DNA from: Bacteroidota bacterium | GTDB taxonomy: Bacteria; Bacteroidota; Rhodothermia; Rhodothermales; UBA10348 | Length of the DNA: 64,000 bases | Assembly (NCBI GenBank): GCA_027622005.1 | Contig: JAQBZH010000001.1 | Location: 24,329 to 88,328 of the forward strand | Direction of reading: 5' to 3' | Part shown: positions 20,524-31,100 of the stretch, one piece after another | Position numbering within the stretch: the stretch's first letter is position 1 | Layout: each line of letters opens with the position of its first letter | Made by a program: the position numbers and the translations under genes | The notes under the pieces: generated by a model | Told to the model about the DNA's origin: nothing | What the model saw: the letters and a program-made list of their open reading frames with translations, nothing else | Databases searched by the model: none

Positions 20524-21855
20524 ATGAAGCGAACACTAGTGCCAACCCTTTTTACCATTTTAGCCCTCTTTTGGAGCGGTTGCGACCGAGCCTTTACCGA
20601 TGTGGGAGAAGCTACTATTGAAGTTGTTTCCCCCGATGTCCGTGTTGCCATAACCGAACCTTCGATTGCCCTAGAACTAAAAGTGGAATCCGTCCGCGAC
20701 GTAACCCGTGTCCGCACCCAAGGGAGGGAGTTTTCTTTCGATGCGTCGAGTCAAAGATGGATTACCCAGTTAGATCTGCATAAGGGCCTCAATCAATTTG
20801 TTGTCGAAGCTTTTGTCGATGACGGACCGACCCGTACGGATACGATATCAATCTTTCATTTGACGTATACGCACTCCGTTCCAACGGTCGAAATCTCCGC
20901 TTTTGGGACGGGTAGCCACACGCTTACACCTAGCTTAGGCGGTAATAGTTTGTTGGTTGGTGGTTCCTTCAATGCTGGATCAGGCGCTGCCCAAGATGCC
21001 CATCTATTGCGACCGGGAGGCCCCTTTCTGGTACCAGTTGTTGACCCGACCAAATTCCCCAGATCAGGACACACCGCATCAGAGCTTCCGGACGGTCGCG
21101 TTTTGATTGTTGGGGGGGCGGTGTCGGGTGATATTCAGTCAGTCGATGAGCTGGTTTCTCCAGCCGAAGTATTTGAGCCCTCGAACAACACCTTTAAGTT
21201 GATTCCCGTTAAAGGAGATCCCATTCGCCGGATGTACCATACCACCATTGTAAGGGAAGTCGACGGCCAATTTTTTGTTATCCTTTTGGGCGGCCGCGGA
21301 GACATCCGCTACACTCCGAGCCCGCTTCTCGGGATCCGCGAAGATATGCGCTCATTTTTGCTCCGAAATGACTCCCTTATTTCCGTTTCGCCCACTATTG
21401 GTCCTTTTGTTGAGCCGGTTGCTGGCCACACGCAGACTACTCTGACGTCGAGCCTCCCATGGAGAGGGTCTCGATATCTCGTAAATGGACTCCGATGGGG
21501 CGCTACGACAGAGCCCACATCGTTCATCATGGACTTTAATAGTCCATTCGGGATAGACATTTCGAAGACCAAGCCAATGCAGCAGCCTCGTATTCGTCAT
21601 GCCTCCATTCCCATTGCTCCCGGAATAGTAGCTCTGTTTGGAGGTCGTGCTGAAGACCCTACGGTCGTATATGGTACGGGAGAATTGTTCGTCGAGGAAG
21701 CAAATATGTACTTTACACTGCCATTTTCAATCGTTCCCCGATTTGGACTGACAGCGACTCGGTTAAATAATAACAGTATTTTACTGTTTGGTGGATTTGA
21801 CGCCACTGCCGATGCACTAACAGACGCAGATTTCGTATCTTTAGACGTCCAATAA
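20524..21855 (+). CDS. lipoprotein with Kelch-like beta-propeller repeats
   Basis: Start chosen at MKRTLVPTLFTILALFWSGC (lipobox). Recurrent blade motifs (LVGGSF, IVGGAVSG, LLGGRGD, LFGGRAED, LLFGGFDA). Confidence 0.6.
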   Translation: MKRTLVPTLFTILALFWSGCDRAFTDVGEATIEVVSPDVRVAITEPSIALELKVESVRDVTRVRTQGREFSFDASSQRWITQLDLHKGLNQFVVEAFVDDGPTRTDTISIFHLTYTHSVPTVEISAFGTGSHTLTPSLGGNSLLVGGSFNAGSGAAQDAHLLRPGGPFLVPVVDPTKFPRSGHTASELPDGRVLIVGGAVSGDIQSVDELVSPAEVFEPSNNTFKLIPVKGDPIRRMYHTTIVREVDGQFFVILLGGRGDIRYTPSPLLGIREDMRSFLLRNDSLISVSPTIGPFVEPVAGHTQTTLTSSLPWRGSRYLVNGLRWGATTEPTSFIMDFNSPFGIDISKTKPMQQPRIRHASIPIAPGIVALFGGRAEDPTVVYGTGELFVEEANMYFTLPFSIVPRFGLTATRLNNNSILLFGGFDATADALTDADFVSLDVQ

Positions 21856-21867
21856 TCATCAACACTT

Positions 21868-22062
21868 TTGCCTTCGTCCATGGACGTTCAGCTCATACTT
21901 CGTTGGCTCGTAACCGCAATTGTAATTATAATTGCCATTGTCCTTCTTGGCTTCGTGCTTCAGTTGGCAGGTATTCTGTTGAAGCTGGCCATTAAGTTTT
22001 TAGTCGTGCTTCTGATTATTGCCCTCTTTGTTCGACTCTTCGACGCCTTACGATCGAACTAA
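21868..22062 (+). CDS. small two-TM membrane protein, unknown function
   Basis: 64 aa and extremely hydrophobic. Followed by a weak hairpin plus T-run at 22062-22097. Confidence 0.45.
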   Translation: MPSSMDVQLILRWLVTAIVIIIAIVLLGFVLQLAGILLKLAIKFLVVLLIIALFVRLFDALRSN

Positions 22063-22131
22063 AGCCCTTTATTAATCGATTCTTGGGCTTTTTCTCCAAC
22101 GATTTGACCCTAGAATCGACCTTGATTTTTT

Positions 22132-23370
22132 ATGAGTCTAGTAGACTTTAGCGTTTTCTCAGAAACGGATCGCCTTCGTCAAGTCATTGTCCACACGCCC
22201 GGCGCCGAAATGGACCTGGTGTCCCCCCTTGATCGAGAAGCGTTGCTGTTTGAAGACATCTTGTTTCTCAGCCATGCCCGAAAAGAGCACGCCTTGATGT
22301 GTTCTATTTTTCAGAAAATGGTTGGGGAATCCGGGACCGTATTTCAAATTACTTCGCTCCTTCAAGAGGCTTTTCGGCAGGAAGACGCAAGATTTAGTTT
22401 TGTCGAACAAATTGTCGAAGCGTCCCCCGAAGCCAACCTCAAGGCGTTTGAGAAAGATTTAAAGCAGTTGTCCCCCAATGAGTTATACGATTTTGCCCTG
22501 ACCGGACGGTCTCCGTTAGCTTTGGAAGCCAAACCGCTACCAAATCTTATGTTTATGCGGGATCTGGCGGCAGTGGTGGGTAATCACATGGTGTTGAGCC
22601 ACGCCGCAACCTCGGCGCGCTCCAGAGAAAGCGTCATTATTAACGTTGTGGCCTCGTATCACCCCGCTTTTGAGGCTCATCGGGACCATATTATTAAACT
22701 CCCGCCCGGAGTCACGTTTGAGGGTGGCGATCTCTTGGTTGCGTCTAGCGACACCATTTTGATTGGTCAATCCGAAAGAACATCGTTTGGGGGGGTGATT
22801 TCCGTCGCAAGGAGATTACTGGCCGATACCTCTATTAAAAACGTGATTATGGTCAATTTGCCACAGGAACGTTCCTGTATGCATTTGGACACTGTTTTTA
22901 CCTTTGCGTCGCCAAATGAGTGTGTGGTATTCCCTCCCCTTATCGATCCGAGCGGGATGAATAACGTGATGACGTTTAGCGCCGGGAACGGAACGGAGTC
23001 CCTTCATGGCCGAATAGAACAAAATTTGCAAAGCGCACTCGAATCGTGTTTGGGTCGGTCTATGACTTTTGTGCCCTGTGGAGGATCAAACCGTTTGAGT
23101 CAACAGCGTGAGCAGTGGACCGACGGAGCTAATTTATTTGCCATTGCGCCCGGAGTCGTGCTGGGATACGAAAGAAATCAAAAAACATTCGATGAGATGG
23201 CTCTCTTGGGCTATCGAGTCGTTACAGCAGATGGCTTTCTCTCCTATTATCAGGAAAGTACCTGGGAGCCCGGTGAGCGGATTGCGATCAAACTCGACGG
23301 CTACGAACTCTCCCGGGGAAGAGGCGGACCCCGCTGCATGACCATGCCTATAGCTCGCGTGCCCTTATGA
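22132..23370 (+). CDS. arginine deiminase family protein
   Basis: 412 aa. N-terminal ETDRLRQVIVHTPGAEM...LLFEDILF pattern and a C-terminal catalytic Cys context (GGPRCMTMPI). Confidence 0.8.
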   Translation: MSLVDFSVFSETDRLRQVIVHTPGAEMDLVSPLDREALLFEDILFLSHARKEHALMCSIFQKMVGESGTVFQITSLLQEAFRQEDARFSFVEQIVEASPEANLKAFEKDLKQLSPNELYDFALTGRSPLALEAKPLPNLMFMRDLAAVVGNHMVLSHAATSARSRESVIINVVASYHPAFEAHRDHIIKLPPGVTFEGGDLLVASSDTILIGQSERTSFGGVISVARRLLADTSIKNVIMVNLPQERSCMHLDTVFTFASPNECVVFPPLIDPSGMNNVMTFSAGNGTESLHGRIEQNLQSALESCLGRSMTFVPCGGSNRLSQQREQWTDGANLFAIAPGVVLGYERNQKTFDEMALLGYRVVTADGFLSYYQESTWEPGERIAIKLDGYELSRGRGGPRCMTMPIARVPL

Positions 23371-23849
23371 GCCTCGATGATTTAATGACAGATCACAAGC
23401 GATGGATGAAAATGGCCATTCGCGAGGCAGAGAAAGCAGCCGAATCAGGCGAGGTTCCGGTTGGTGCGATCGTCGTTAAGGATAATCAAATTATTGGGCG
23501 CGGGCACAATCAGGTTGAACGATTAACCGACGCCACAGCTCACGCCGAAATTATAGCGATTACAGCAGCGTGCCACACCATCGAATCGAAGTGGTTGGAG
23601 GGCTGCACCCTCTACGTTACGCTCGAACCATGCCCGATGTGCGCTGGCGCAATTTGGCTATCCCGGCTGAAGTGCGTGGTTTATGGCGCATTTGATGAAA
23701 AAGCTGGAGCCGCGTCCACTCTGTACAATATTCCGCAGGATCCGAGACTCAACCATTATGTGGATCTGATTTCCGGAGTTGAGGAAGAAAGATGCGCATT
23801 GTTGTTAACGCAGTTTTTTGCAAACAAACGGCAAAAAGATGAACGTTGA
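23367..23849 (+). CDS. tadA: tRNA adenosine(34) deaminase
   Basis: 160 aa. HAE and PCPMCAGA zinc motifs. Confidence 0.92.
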   Translation: MSLDDLMTDHKRWMKMAIREAEKAAESGEVPVGAIVVKDNQIIGRGHNQVERLTDATAHAEIIAITAACHTIESKWLEGCTLYVTLEPCPMCAGAIWLSRLKCVVYGAFDEKAGAASTLYNIPQDPRLNHYVDLISGVEEERCALLLTQFFANKRQKDER

Positions 23850-24804
23850 TGTCGTCGTCATTGGAGCTGGACCCGTGGGACTTGCCTGCGCGATTGAAGT
23901 GTCTAGACGGGGAATGTCCTCTGTTGTGGTCGAAAAGGGTTCTCTCGTAAATTCATTAGTCGGATACCCAACCAATATGGAGTTTTTTTCAACTCCAGAG
24001 CTATTGGAAATCGGTGGATATCCTTTGATAACTTCCCACTACAAGCCTCTTCGGGAAGAAGTCATCGACTATTATCGACGGGTGGCTTCGCTTGAAAACC
24101 TTACAATAAACCTGTTTGAAACCGTGGTATCTGTTGATGGAAAGGTTGGCCATTTTCAGGTAACAACGTCTAAAAACCAGATTTCCTGTCGATATGTAGT
24201 GGTTGCAACCGGTTTTTTTGACCATCCGAACACCTTAGATATTCCTGGGGGCTCCCTTCCTAAGGTTACTCACTACTTTAAAGAGCCCTTTGCGTACGTC
24301 AGGCGCAATGTTGCCATTATTGGAGCCAAGAACTCAGCCGCGAAAGCAGCCCTTCAATGTCACCGATACGGTGCAAAAGTGACGATGATCGTGCGGGGTC
24401 CCGAAATAGGACCCAATGTTAAATACTGGATTCGTCCGGATTTAATTAATCGCATATCCGAAGGCTCGATTGTGGCCCATTTTAATTCGAATGTGACTTC
24501 GATCGAGCAAAACACACTCCGTTTTACATCTATCGACGGAGAATATGAAATTGAAAACGATATTGTATTGGCGCTGACTGGATATCACCCGGACTATGCA
24601 TTCCTGCGGCAGATTGGCATTGGCACCGAAGCAGATGTTTCCGAAACGCCCATTCACAACCAGGAAACGTTTGAATCGAATCGGGCGGGTGTCTTTTTGG
24701 CTGGCACCGTCTGCGGTGGGCGCCATACAAGCCGGTGGTTCATTGAAAATGGAAGACACCACGCGACTGTTATTGCCGATCAATTGTCAAATTATACCGC
24801 CTGA
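23839..24804 (+). CDS. ypdA: YpdA-family FAD-dependent disulfide reductase (putative bacillithiol disulfide reductase)
   Basis: MNVDVVVIGAGPVGLACA Rossmann motif, then the typical YpdA N-terminal stretch (VNSLVGYPTNMEFFSTPELLEIGGYP). The ORF is open from 23818. Confidence 0.78.
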   Translation: MNVDVVVIGAGPVGLACAIEVSRRGMSSVVVEKGSLVNSLVGYPTNMEFFSTPELLEIGGYPLITSHYKPLREEVIDYYRRVASLENLTINLFETVVSVDGKVGHFQVTTSKNQISCRYVVVATGFFDHPNTLDIPGGSLPKVTHYFKEPFAYVRRNVAIIGAKNSAAKAALQCHRYGAKVTMIVRGPEIGPNVKYWIRPDLINRISEGSIVAHFNSNVTSIEQNTLRFTSIDGEYEIENDIVLALTGYHPDYAFLRQIGIGTEADVSETPIHNQETFESNRAGVFLAGTVCGGRHTSRWFIENGRHHATVIADQLSNYTA

Positions 24805-24816
24805 TCACAAATCCTG

Positions 24817-26982
24817 CTATTCAAGGGCCGATACAATTTGAGCAGCGAGCTCATTTTTCGGGTTGATTCTTAGAGCTTTCAGTGCCGAGCTCTTAGCAGC
24901 CGCAAGCTCGTCGTTCCTGAATTGAGCTAGTGCAAGTTTTGACAGCAACCCGTCATTTTCGGGGTTAGTAGCAACAGCACGTTTAAACATGGATACCGAC
25001 TGCGGATATTTCTCATTGCTCAGATACAGCGTTCCTAAGTTGTCTAAGGACTCGGTATGAACCGGAATACGCGAAACAGACAGTTGCAAAATGGATTCAG
25101 CCTTAGAAATAAGATTCTGTTGGATGTATACGAGTCCCAAATTGCTCATCGCGCCTCCATGAAAAGGATTCAGCTCGATGGCACGCTTAAGATTGGATTC
25201 GGCCAATTTGAATTCACCTTTCCTCAAAAAGGCAGTTCCCAGATTATAAAATCCTGTATCATTCCACTTTTCATTCGTGATGGCCTTTTTGTATTCAGCA
25301 ATTGCCTCTTCGATACGATTTCTCGTTTCCAAAAACCGTCCTAGGTTAAGGCGAATGTCCGTTAGAGACGGCTGAACTCGAAGCGCCTCGCGGTAGAGCT
25401 GCTCCACTTTGTCCGGAGACTGCCGAATTCCTTCATAGGCCTGGGCCAAAGCGTTAAGCCTTTCCGCCTTGGTGGGATCCATGCGAATTGATTGCTCCAA
25501 CGAAGGGATTGCTTCGGTGTATCGTCCGAGTAAGATGTGTGCAAAACCGTGCAAATAAAAGGCTTCGCTAACGGTTTGGTCTTTCTCAAGCGCTACTCCA
25601 AGCAGTTCTATAGCACTCTCAAGGACTTCAGCTTGTCTTGTCCGTTGCCCCTCAGTAACAAGCGCCATACCCCGATAGAGATTGGTATTAGGACTTTCGT
25701 TTTGATCCTTTTTAAAAACGGCCGTCAATATCGGTTGCTGATGAACCGCCACAGGCGCCGTTTCCGGATCTTTCACGACCCTAATCCAATGATCCGTAAA
25801 GGCCGAATGCGGAGCCTCAATGAGATCCGTTTTAGGCATATGGCAGGTTATGCAATTTGCACCCGTGCCGTGATCCTTTCTCGCCATCTCGGTTGAAAAC
25901 GAAGCTACCAAGGATGCTGAAGCGTGGCAACTCGTACAGGTACTGTTAAAGTACTCCGGGCCTTTTGTTCTAAATCCGGCATGAGGATCATGACAAGTGG
26001 TACACTGAAGGGGTTCGCTTAAATTTTGCGTTTCAAGAAAACAGGCACTGAGTTTCATCCGGTCAGCGTGAGAAATCACCCCGATACCTTGTGTAGCCGA
26101 TTCATGCGCTGCAAAAAGGGCGATATAATCATCGAGCTTCTGAGATGGCCGGAAATCGAAAGGAGTCTTTCCATCTCGTAAAAGCGAAACGGAGGCGTTT
26201 AAGTGACATTGTTGACATACATCCAATCGGGCATCCAACCGTAAATGAGCCGGATTAACAATGGAAAGGTCAATTTCGCCTCCACTAGATGGAGATGCCA
26301 AACGTTCTGCGACGTGAATACTTCCTGGCCCATGGCACCGCTCACAACCTATCCCTTCCGGCATTTCCAAATACTTGCCGTTGGTTTGCGGCACACTTTC
26401 GGGATAACTGTTGTGACATGACATACATCGATCTACAATCTTGCGATCAAAACGCTTGTTAGACACCCTGTAGCCCGGGCTAAAATCCCAACGCCTCTTT
26501 TGGGTGTACCACGAAACAGGAAGTTCGTAAAACCACCCATCTTTTTCGGATAAGTACGTTCGAGCAGACGTTCCTGAGCCCACCACCCAGTCCATTCGAC
26601 GGGATAATTGATGGGTTTGCCTACCCCTGGAGTCCAGTAAATACTCTGTCAAAAAATAGCCTGAATCGGAGGCCACTGTTTTGTAGTGAAAGCCTGAAAT
26701 GGAATCGATTACCACTTCAGATCCAAAATCTTCCACTGCCTTGTCCACGGTCATTCGAAACATGGAACGCGCCATCCCATGCTCCTGATAACCCTGATAT
26801 TCGTCTTCGTGACAGTCGAAACAAGTCACATCGCCAACAAAGGACGCGTTTTCGGTGACGTTTTTAAAAATCGGTTGTACGTAGTCGTCGTCCGATGGAT
26901 TTTCGACCGAAGAACGCCCACAACCGACAAACACGGTTAAAAGGCTAATTAATATGATGGAATAGAGATATAGGTATTTCAT
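24817..26982 (-). CDS. heptahaem c-type cytochrome lipoprotein fused to a C-terminal TPR domain
   Basis: Seven CxxCH motifs (CFDCH, CMSCH, CERCH, CQQCH, CTTCH, CTSCH, CITCH). Lipobox FVGC after MKYLYLY. About 270 aa of TPR repeats at the C-terminus. Start set at 26982 because codons 26983-27006 are the terminator hairpin. Confidence 0.85.
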   Translation of the reverse strand: MKYLYLYSIILISLLTVFVGCGRSSVENPSDDDYVQPIFKNVTENASFVGDVTCFDCHEDEYQGYQEHGMARSMFRMTVDKAVEDFGSEVVIDSISGFHYKTVASDSGYFLTEYLLDSRGRQTHQLSRRMDWVVGSGTSARTYLSEKDGWFYELPVSWYTQKRRWDFSPGYRVSNKRFDRKIVDRCMSCHNSYPESVPQTNGKYLEMPEGIGCERCHGPGSIHVAERLASPSSGGEIDLSIVNPAHLRLDARLDVCQQCHLNASVSLLRDGKTPFDFRPSQKLDDYIALFAAHESATQGIGVISHADRMKLSACFLETQNLSEPLQCTTCHDPHAGFRTKGPEYFNSTCTSCHASASLVASFSTEMARKDHGTGANCITCHMPKTDLIEAPHSAFTDHWIRVVKDPETAPVAVHQQPILTAVFKKDQNESPNTNLYRGMALVTEGQRTRQAEVLESAIELLGVALEKDQTVSEAFYLHGFAHILLGRYTEAIPSLEQSIRMDPTKAERLNALAQAYEGIRQSPDKVEQLYREALRVQPSLTDIRLNLGRFLETRNRIEEAIAEYKKAITNEKWNDTGFYNLGTAFLRKGEFKLAESNLKRAIELNPFHGGAMSNLGLVYIQQNLISKAESILQLSVSRIPVHTESLDNLGTLYLSNEKYPQSVSMFKRAVATNPENDGLLSKLALAQFRNDELAAAKSSALKALRINPKNELAAQIVSALE

Positions 26983-27026
26983 AAACAAAAAAGAGGGTCG
27001 AATCACGTTGTGATTCGACCCTCTTT
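26983..27026 (-). terminator. strong hairpin plus U-tract between the PorV-like gene and the cytochrome gene
   Basis: Perfect 15-bp stem 26992-27006 / 27010-27024 (AGAGGGTCGAATCAC / GTGATTCGACCCTCT) with a 3-nt loop. On the minus strand it is followed by TTTTTTGTTT running directly into the ATG at 26982. Confidence 0.6.
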
Positions 27027-27049
27027 CGTTTCAATCGAATGATACAGAA

Positions 27050-28096
27050 TTACAGGGTAATAGCCGCTGTAATCATGTCTACATTGTCGAAGTAGTCTGT
27101 CGTGTAACGTCGCGAATAATCTACCTGGAAGCGAGTGCCACCAAGATCTAGATCAAGGCCGGCGCCAAAGTTGGTGCCGTTAAAGAATGACAGATCGTCG
27201 TCTGAAATGACGTCTAGTCCTCCACGGAGGTATAGAACGTCAAACAGACCTAGCTCAACACCGCCTGAAAACTGATCCTGATCAAACGAATTCGACCGGA
27301 AGTTTCCAAGAACGGTAACTACAGCACCAGCACCCATTTCACGGGTGTAAGAAACGCCGAAGTTTAGTAGTGAAGGAAGTTCAACCCCTTCATTTTCCAA
27401 CTGCAATGCGTTTGCGGCCGCACCGGAGGATTGATCTCTTAACTGCACACGGCGAGTAAGACCAACACCACCGTACTCGATCTGAGTACCGACGTTTTTA
27501 AGAGCTACACCCAAACGAAGACCAGATTCACCCACTACGTAGGTCATACCGGCATCGATGGCAACTGCGGATGCAGATACGTCATCAATCGCTTCATTGA
27601 CTAATTTCAATGTAACGCCGGCTGAGATACGATCCGTGAAAACACGGGCGTAGGTTAACCCAACGGTCATAAACGTTGAGGTATACGTAACTGAGCTGAT
27701 TTCTGGAGCGCTTTCCGTTTGTACCGGAATGTCTCCAAAATCCCAAGTCGTTACTGTAAAGGCCAAGTTGTTGGAACCGAAGTTCTGGCCAATACCAAAG
27801 TAGCTGACACCAATGTCGGCTACGTAGTTCATACGGCTAAAAATAGCCGATGTACCGGTGTTCATCGCGAGTCCGGCTGGGTTTGAATAGATTGCTTCCA
27901 ATCCGTTCATTCCGGCCATGCCACCCGTTGTAGAAGCGCCTAGCGAAGCATTGCGAGCCGTTACCGGCACTAGCAACTGAGATGCACCCGCCGTACCACG
28001 GCGTTTGTCATCCCCTGCATTCGCGTCCAGCACACTCATGCCTAATAAGGCAATCACTACAAGTGCGTTCAGAATATTTCTGGACAGCTTGTTCAT
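27050..28096 (-). CDS. PorV/PorQ-family outer-membrane beta-barrel
   Basis: 348 aa. Signal peptide, then the N-terminal family pattern (GTAGASQLLVPVTARNASLGAS...AIYSNPAGLA). Alternating beta-strand sequence throughout. Confidence 0.65.
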   Translation of the reverse strand: MNKLSRNILNALVVIALLGMSVLDANAGDDKRRGTAGASQLLVPVTARNASLGASTTGGMAGMNGLEAIYSNPAGLAMNTGTSAIFSRMNYVADIGVSYFGIGQNFGSNNLAFTVTTWDFGDIPVQTESAPEISSVTYTSTFMTVGLTYARVFTDRISAGVTLKLVNEAIDDVSASAVAIDAGMTYVVGESGLRLGVALKNVGTQIEYGGVGLTRRVQLRDQSSGAAANALQLENEGVELPSLLNFGVSYTREMGAGAVVTVLGNFRSNSFDQDQFSGGVELGLFDVLYLRGGLDVISDDDLSFFNGTNFGAGLDLDLGGTRFQVDYSRRYTTDYFDNVDMITAAITL

Positions 28097-28158
28097 ATTT
28101 AAGTCCTCTTTTTGATAATCAGTTTCGTCATCGAACGTCTACTGAATCTGGGGTTTAG

Positions 28159-28180
28159 GGTTGGCCCCACGGGGCCAACC
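28159..28180 (-). other. intercistronic GC-rich stem-loop with no U-tract
   Basis: GGTTGGCCC / GGGCCAACC 9-bp stem, located between the 1154-aa gene and the PorV-like gene. Confidence 0.4.
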
Positions 28181-28198
28181 TTGACCTCCAAATTTCAA

Positions 28199-31100
28199 CT
28201 AGAAAGCGTTGAGCTGTACACGTTTCTTGATAACACCAAATTTCAGCACCTTTTCACCAACGTTTGGCACATCAATGTGAATGATATACATACCACTCGC
28301 AATTGGAAGGCCATCGGTTGTTTGAAGATCCCATGGGAACATGGCACCCGCACTATTCTTCTCAAGGGTACGAATAAGCGTACCTGAAAGAGTAAAGATG
28401 CGGATGGTTGCCTGATTTGGCATGTTTGTGAAACGAACCTGATCAACAAGCGCTGTTACTTCGTATGAAGAAGCACCTTTGTATGGGTTCGGAACGATAC
28501 CAATCTCATCCATGGCAGCTTTTGCTTCAGCTTCGTCCCGGTCGCGAGCGCCCAGGCCGTCAGTTGACATCGTAAAGCTGTCACCAGGTTGATTTGGTTT
28601 CGTCGTATTAATACGGAATACCGTTCCTGCTTCTGGCATTCTTGATGTGTAGCTCTCAAAGCCGCCCGCAACGGCTCCACCATTGAAGTTCACGAACACG
28701 ACACGCGACAGCGTTTCTCCACCGTGAGCTCCAGCAGTGCTAGGATCTGCAATTGCGCTAGCTAACCAAGCATTGTATCCTGCTCCAGCTGGTCCAGGAG
28801 TCATGTCGTTCGGAAGGTACCAGTAATTCCAATCCGTCATCGGATCGTTAGTCGCACCGGAAGCAGGGCTATCTGTTTCCGTTATATCCCATCCTCTAAC
28901 GCCGTCGGCGTCCAGTCCGGCCACAATCATTCGAACATCGTCCGATGGATTGTTAGGAGTAGCAATACCGATTCTCCAAACTTCGAATGGAATGGCGTAC
29001 ATACTGGCTCCGTCTCCGAAACGGTCGTATCCATAACATCCTCCTGCTACAGGAGTCGCATAAATTTCGTCCGCAGCTTTAGCTGCCACCCAAGCTGCGT
29101 GACAGGCTGGGGTGAAGCGCACTTCGAAATCGTAAGGAACGAGTCGGCTCCATCCATGACCACGTCCCGTGACTGCACGAGCTAGGAAGCCGTTGGTGTA
29201 ATTTCCGGTGGAGGCGCCACCGGCGTGGATACCCCAAGCGCCAGCGTCTGTGGACTGCGGACTTGGACGGTCATTATAAAACAAGGCGCCATCTCCAACA
29301 AGCGGGAAGCCGTTGAAACCGAAGGATCCTTGACGTACTGGATTCAAAGGACCAGATGCGTTAGCAACGGTCTCAAATCCAAGGAAACCATCAGGAGCCC
29401 CGGCTACGTCTAGAGACAGACCGTCAAACTGAAGCACGTCAATACCCTCTGGACCTGCAATTCCGGCATTCGCTGCAACTGCGGCACCATCAAATACTTT
29501 CGTTCCTGTCGTGAGGTCAACCACGTCGTAGGTGACGGCAGTTGCAACAGAGGACTTCGAAGCATCTAACTTGTTGTGGAATGAAGCATCATTGTCACGT
29601 TCAGTTGGATCGTTTGACTCAATGAATGTGAGAGCGCTTTTTCCAGCAAGTTCGGCTGTAAAGAACTCAACTTTGTAGCTGTGTCCTGTTATGGCAGCGG
29701 CATTAACAACTCGAAGTGAAGCACCACCGTTACCGACGTTTGTTTCAGCTCCGACTCCGACAATAGCCGTTCCGGAAGCGGCCGCAGCGACTGCTTCCGG
29801 AGCAATCACTTTGTCCGTTTTCTGCGGAATAACTGTTACGCGAGCAATCGGACCATGATACGCCTTCGGATATGAATCGAAGTTATACGCATATGCCTGT
29901 ACTCCAAACTGGTAGTTCTTGTAGTTGGTAAGACCAGAAACAAGCATTGAGTGAGCAACGCCTACGTCCGTTCCTTCAGCTGTAACAACAAGAAGGTCAC
30001 CACCATCCGTATCAATAATGCGAGTCACGCCATTTGCTCTATCAAATGTGCCGATGACTACTCCGTCCTGATCTTGGGGATTTGAGTACTGATATACCTT
30101 GTATCCTTCAAATGCGTAATCGCAATCTGTTTCTGAACAGAACGGATCTTTTACATTGTAAGAATCAAGATAGTTGTTATCTGTAGTACGGTATCCCCAC
30201 TCTAGTAGCACTGATCCATCTGCAGACGTCGTTGTAATACGAGGAGCATTTGGAGGAGAAGGCACCACGAAGTTGATGTCAAAAGCGGCCTGAGCTACTC
30301 TGTCATCAGACTTCATTTTTGTTACCGAATCAAGGTTGTCAAGACCAAAGCTGGTCACGATACCAAAAATAATGGTCTGCTCATCATTCGGCTTAACCGT
30401 AAACGGCCCAGTTGACAAAACAAAACGACGGTCAGCAGGAGCAATAGCGGAACCAGCATTGTCTGAGTTCAACTCTGACCAGAATGCTGGTGGGTGTCCT
30501 GGAAACATGAAACTCGTTACGATATTGGAAAATCCAAGTCCGTTTCCACCGAGGGTAAACGGCTGTCCATCTTTCCAACGGCCACGCATGAAGTTGTACA
30601 TGTCAGCGCCGTTACCCGGGTCACCCTGGATACCACCACCGTTGTTGTAGAAAGCAAACGAGGTCATTTTTAGGCGCTCATCGGCTTCATCAACAACGCC
30701 GTCTTTGTCGTCGTCTTTACCGTTGTCAGTCACAAGTGGACCTTGGAAGAAGTCGTAACCTGCTGCAGGCGGAGCCGCACCGTAGTTACCATCATCATCA
30801 TTGTCCGCGTTGTAAATGAAACCCATTCCCAAAACGGAGTCGGAACCGACGTAATCGTCAAATGCCGCGCCAAGGTCCGGATCCGAGAAAATACCAAAGT
30901 AGGTGTTTTCGAGTGGAACCGTGCCTTTGTAGAACATGCGGTATTTGTAGAACGTGGAATTTCCAAGCGCTCCAGCCGTGTTAAAGGCAAAAGCAGAGCT
31001 ATGAACTTCAACGCCCATTGGAGGGGTTGACGAACGGTTGTGGGTGTTACCTTTATCATTCATAATCCACCATAGCATCTGGTCGCCCAAGATGGCTGGT

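Noticed and set aside
26983-27006. First eight codons (MIRPSFLF) of the cytochrome ORF as listed
   Set aside because: These codons are the 3' arm and U-tract of the terminator hairpin. The next Met (26982) begins a proper lipoprotein signal.
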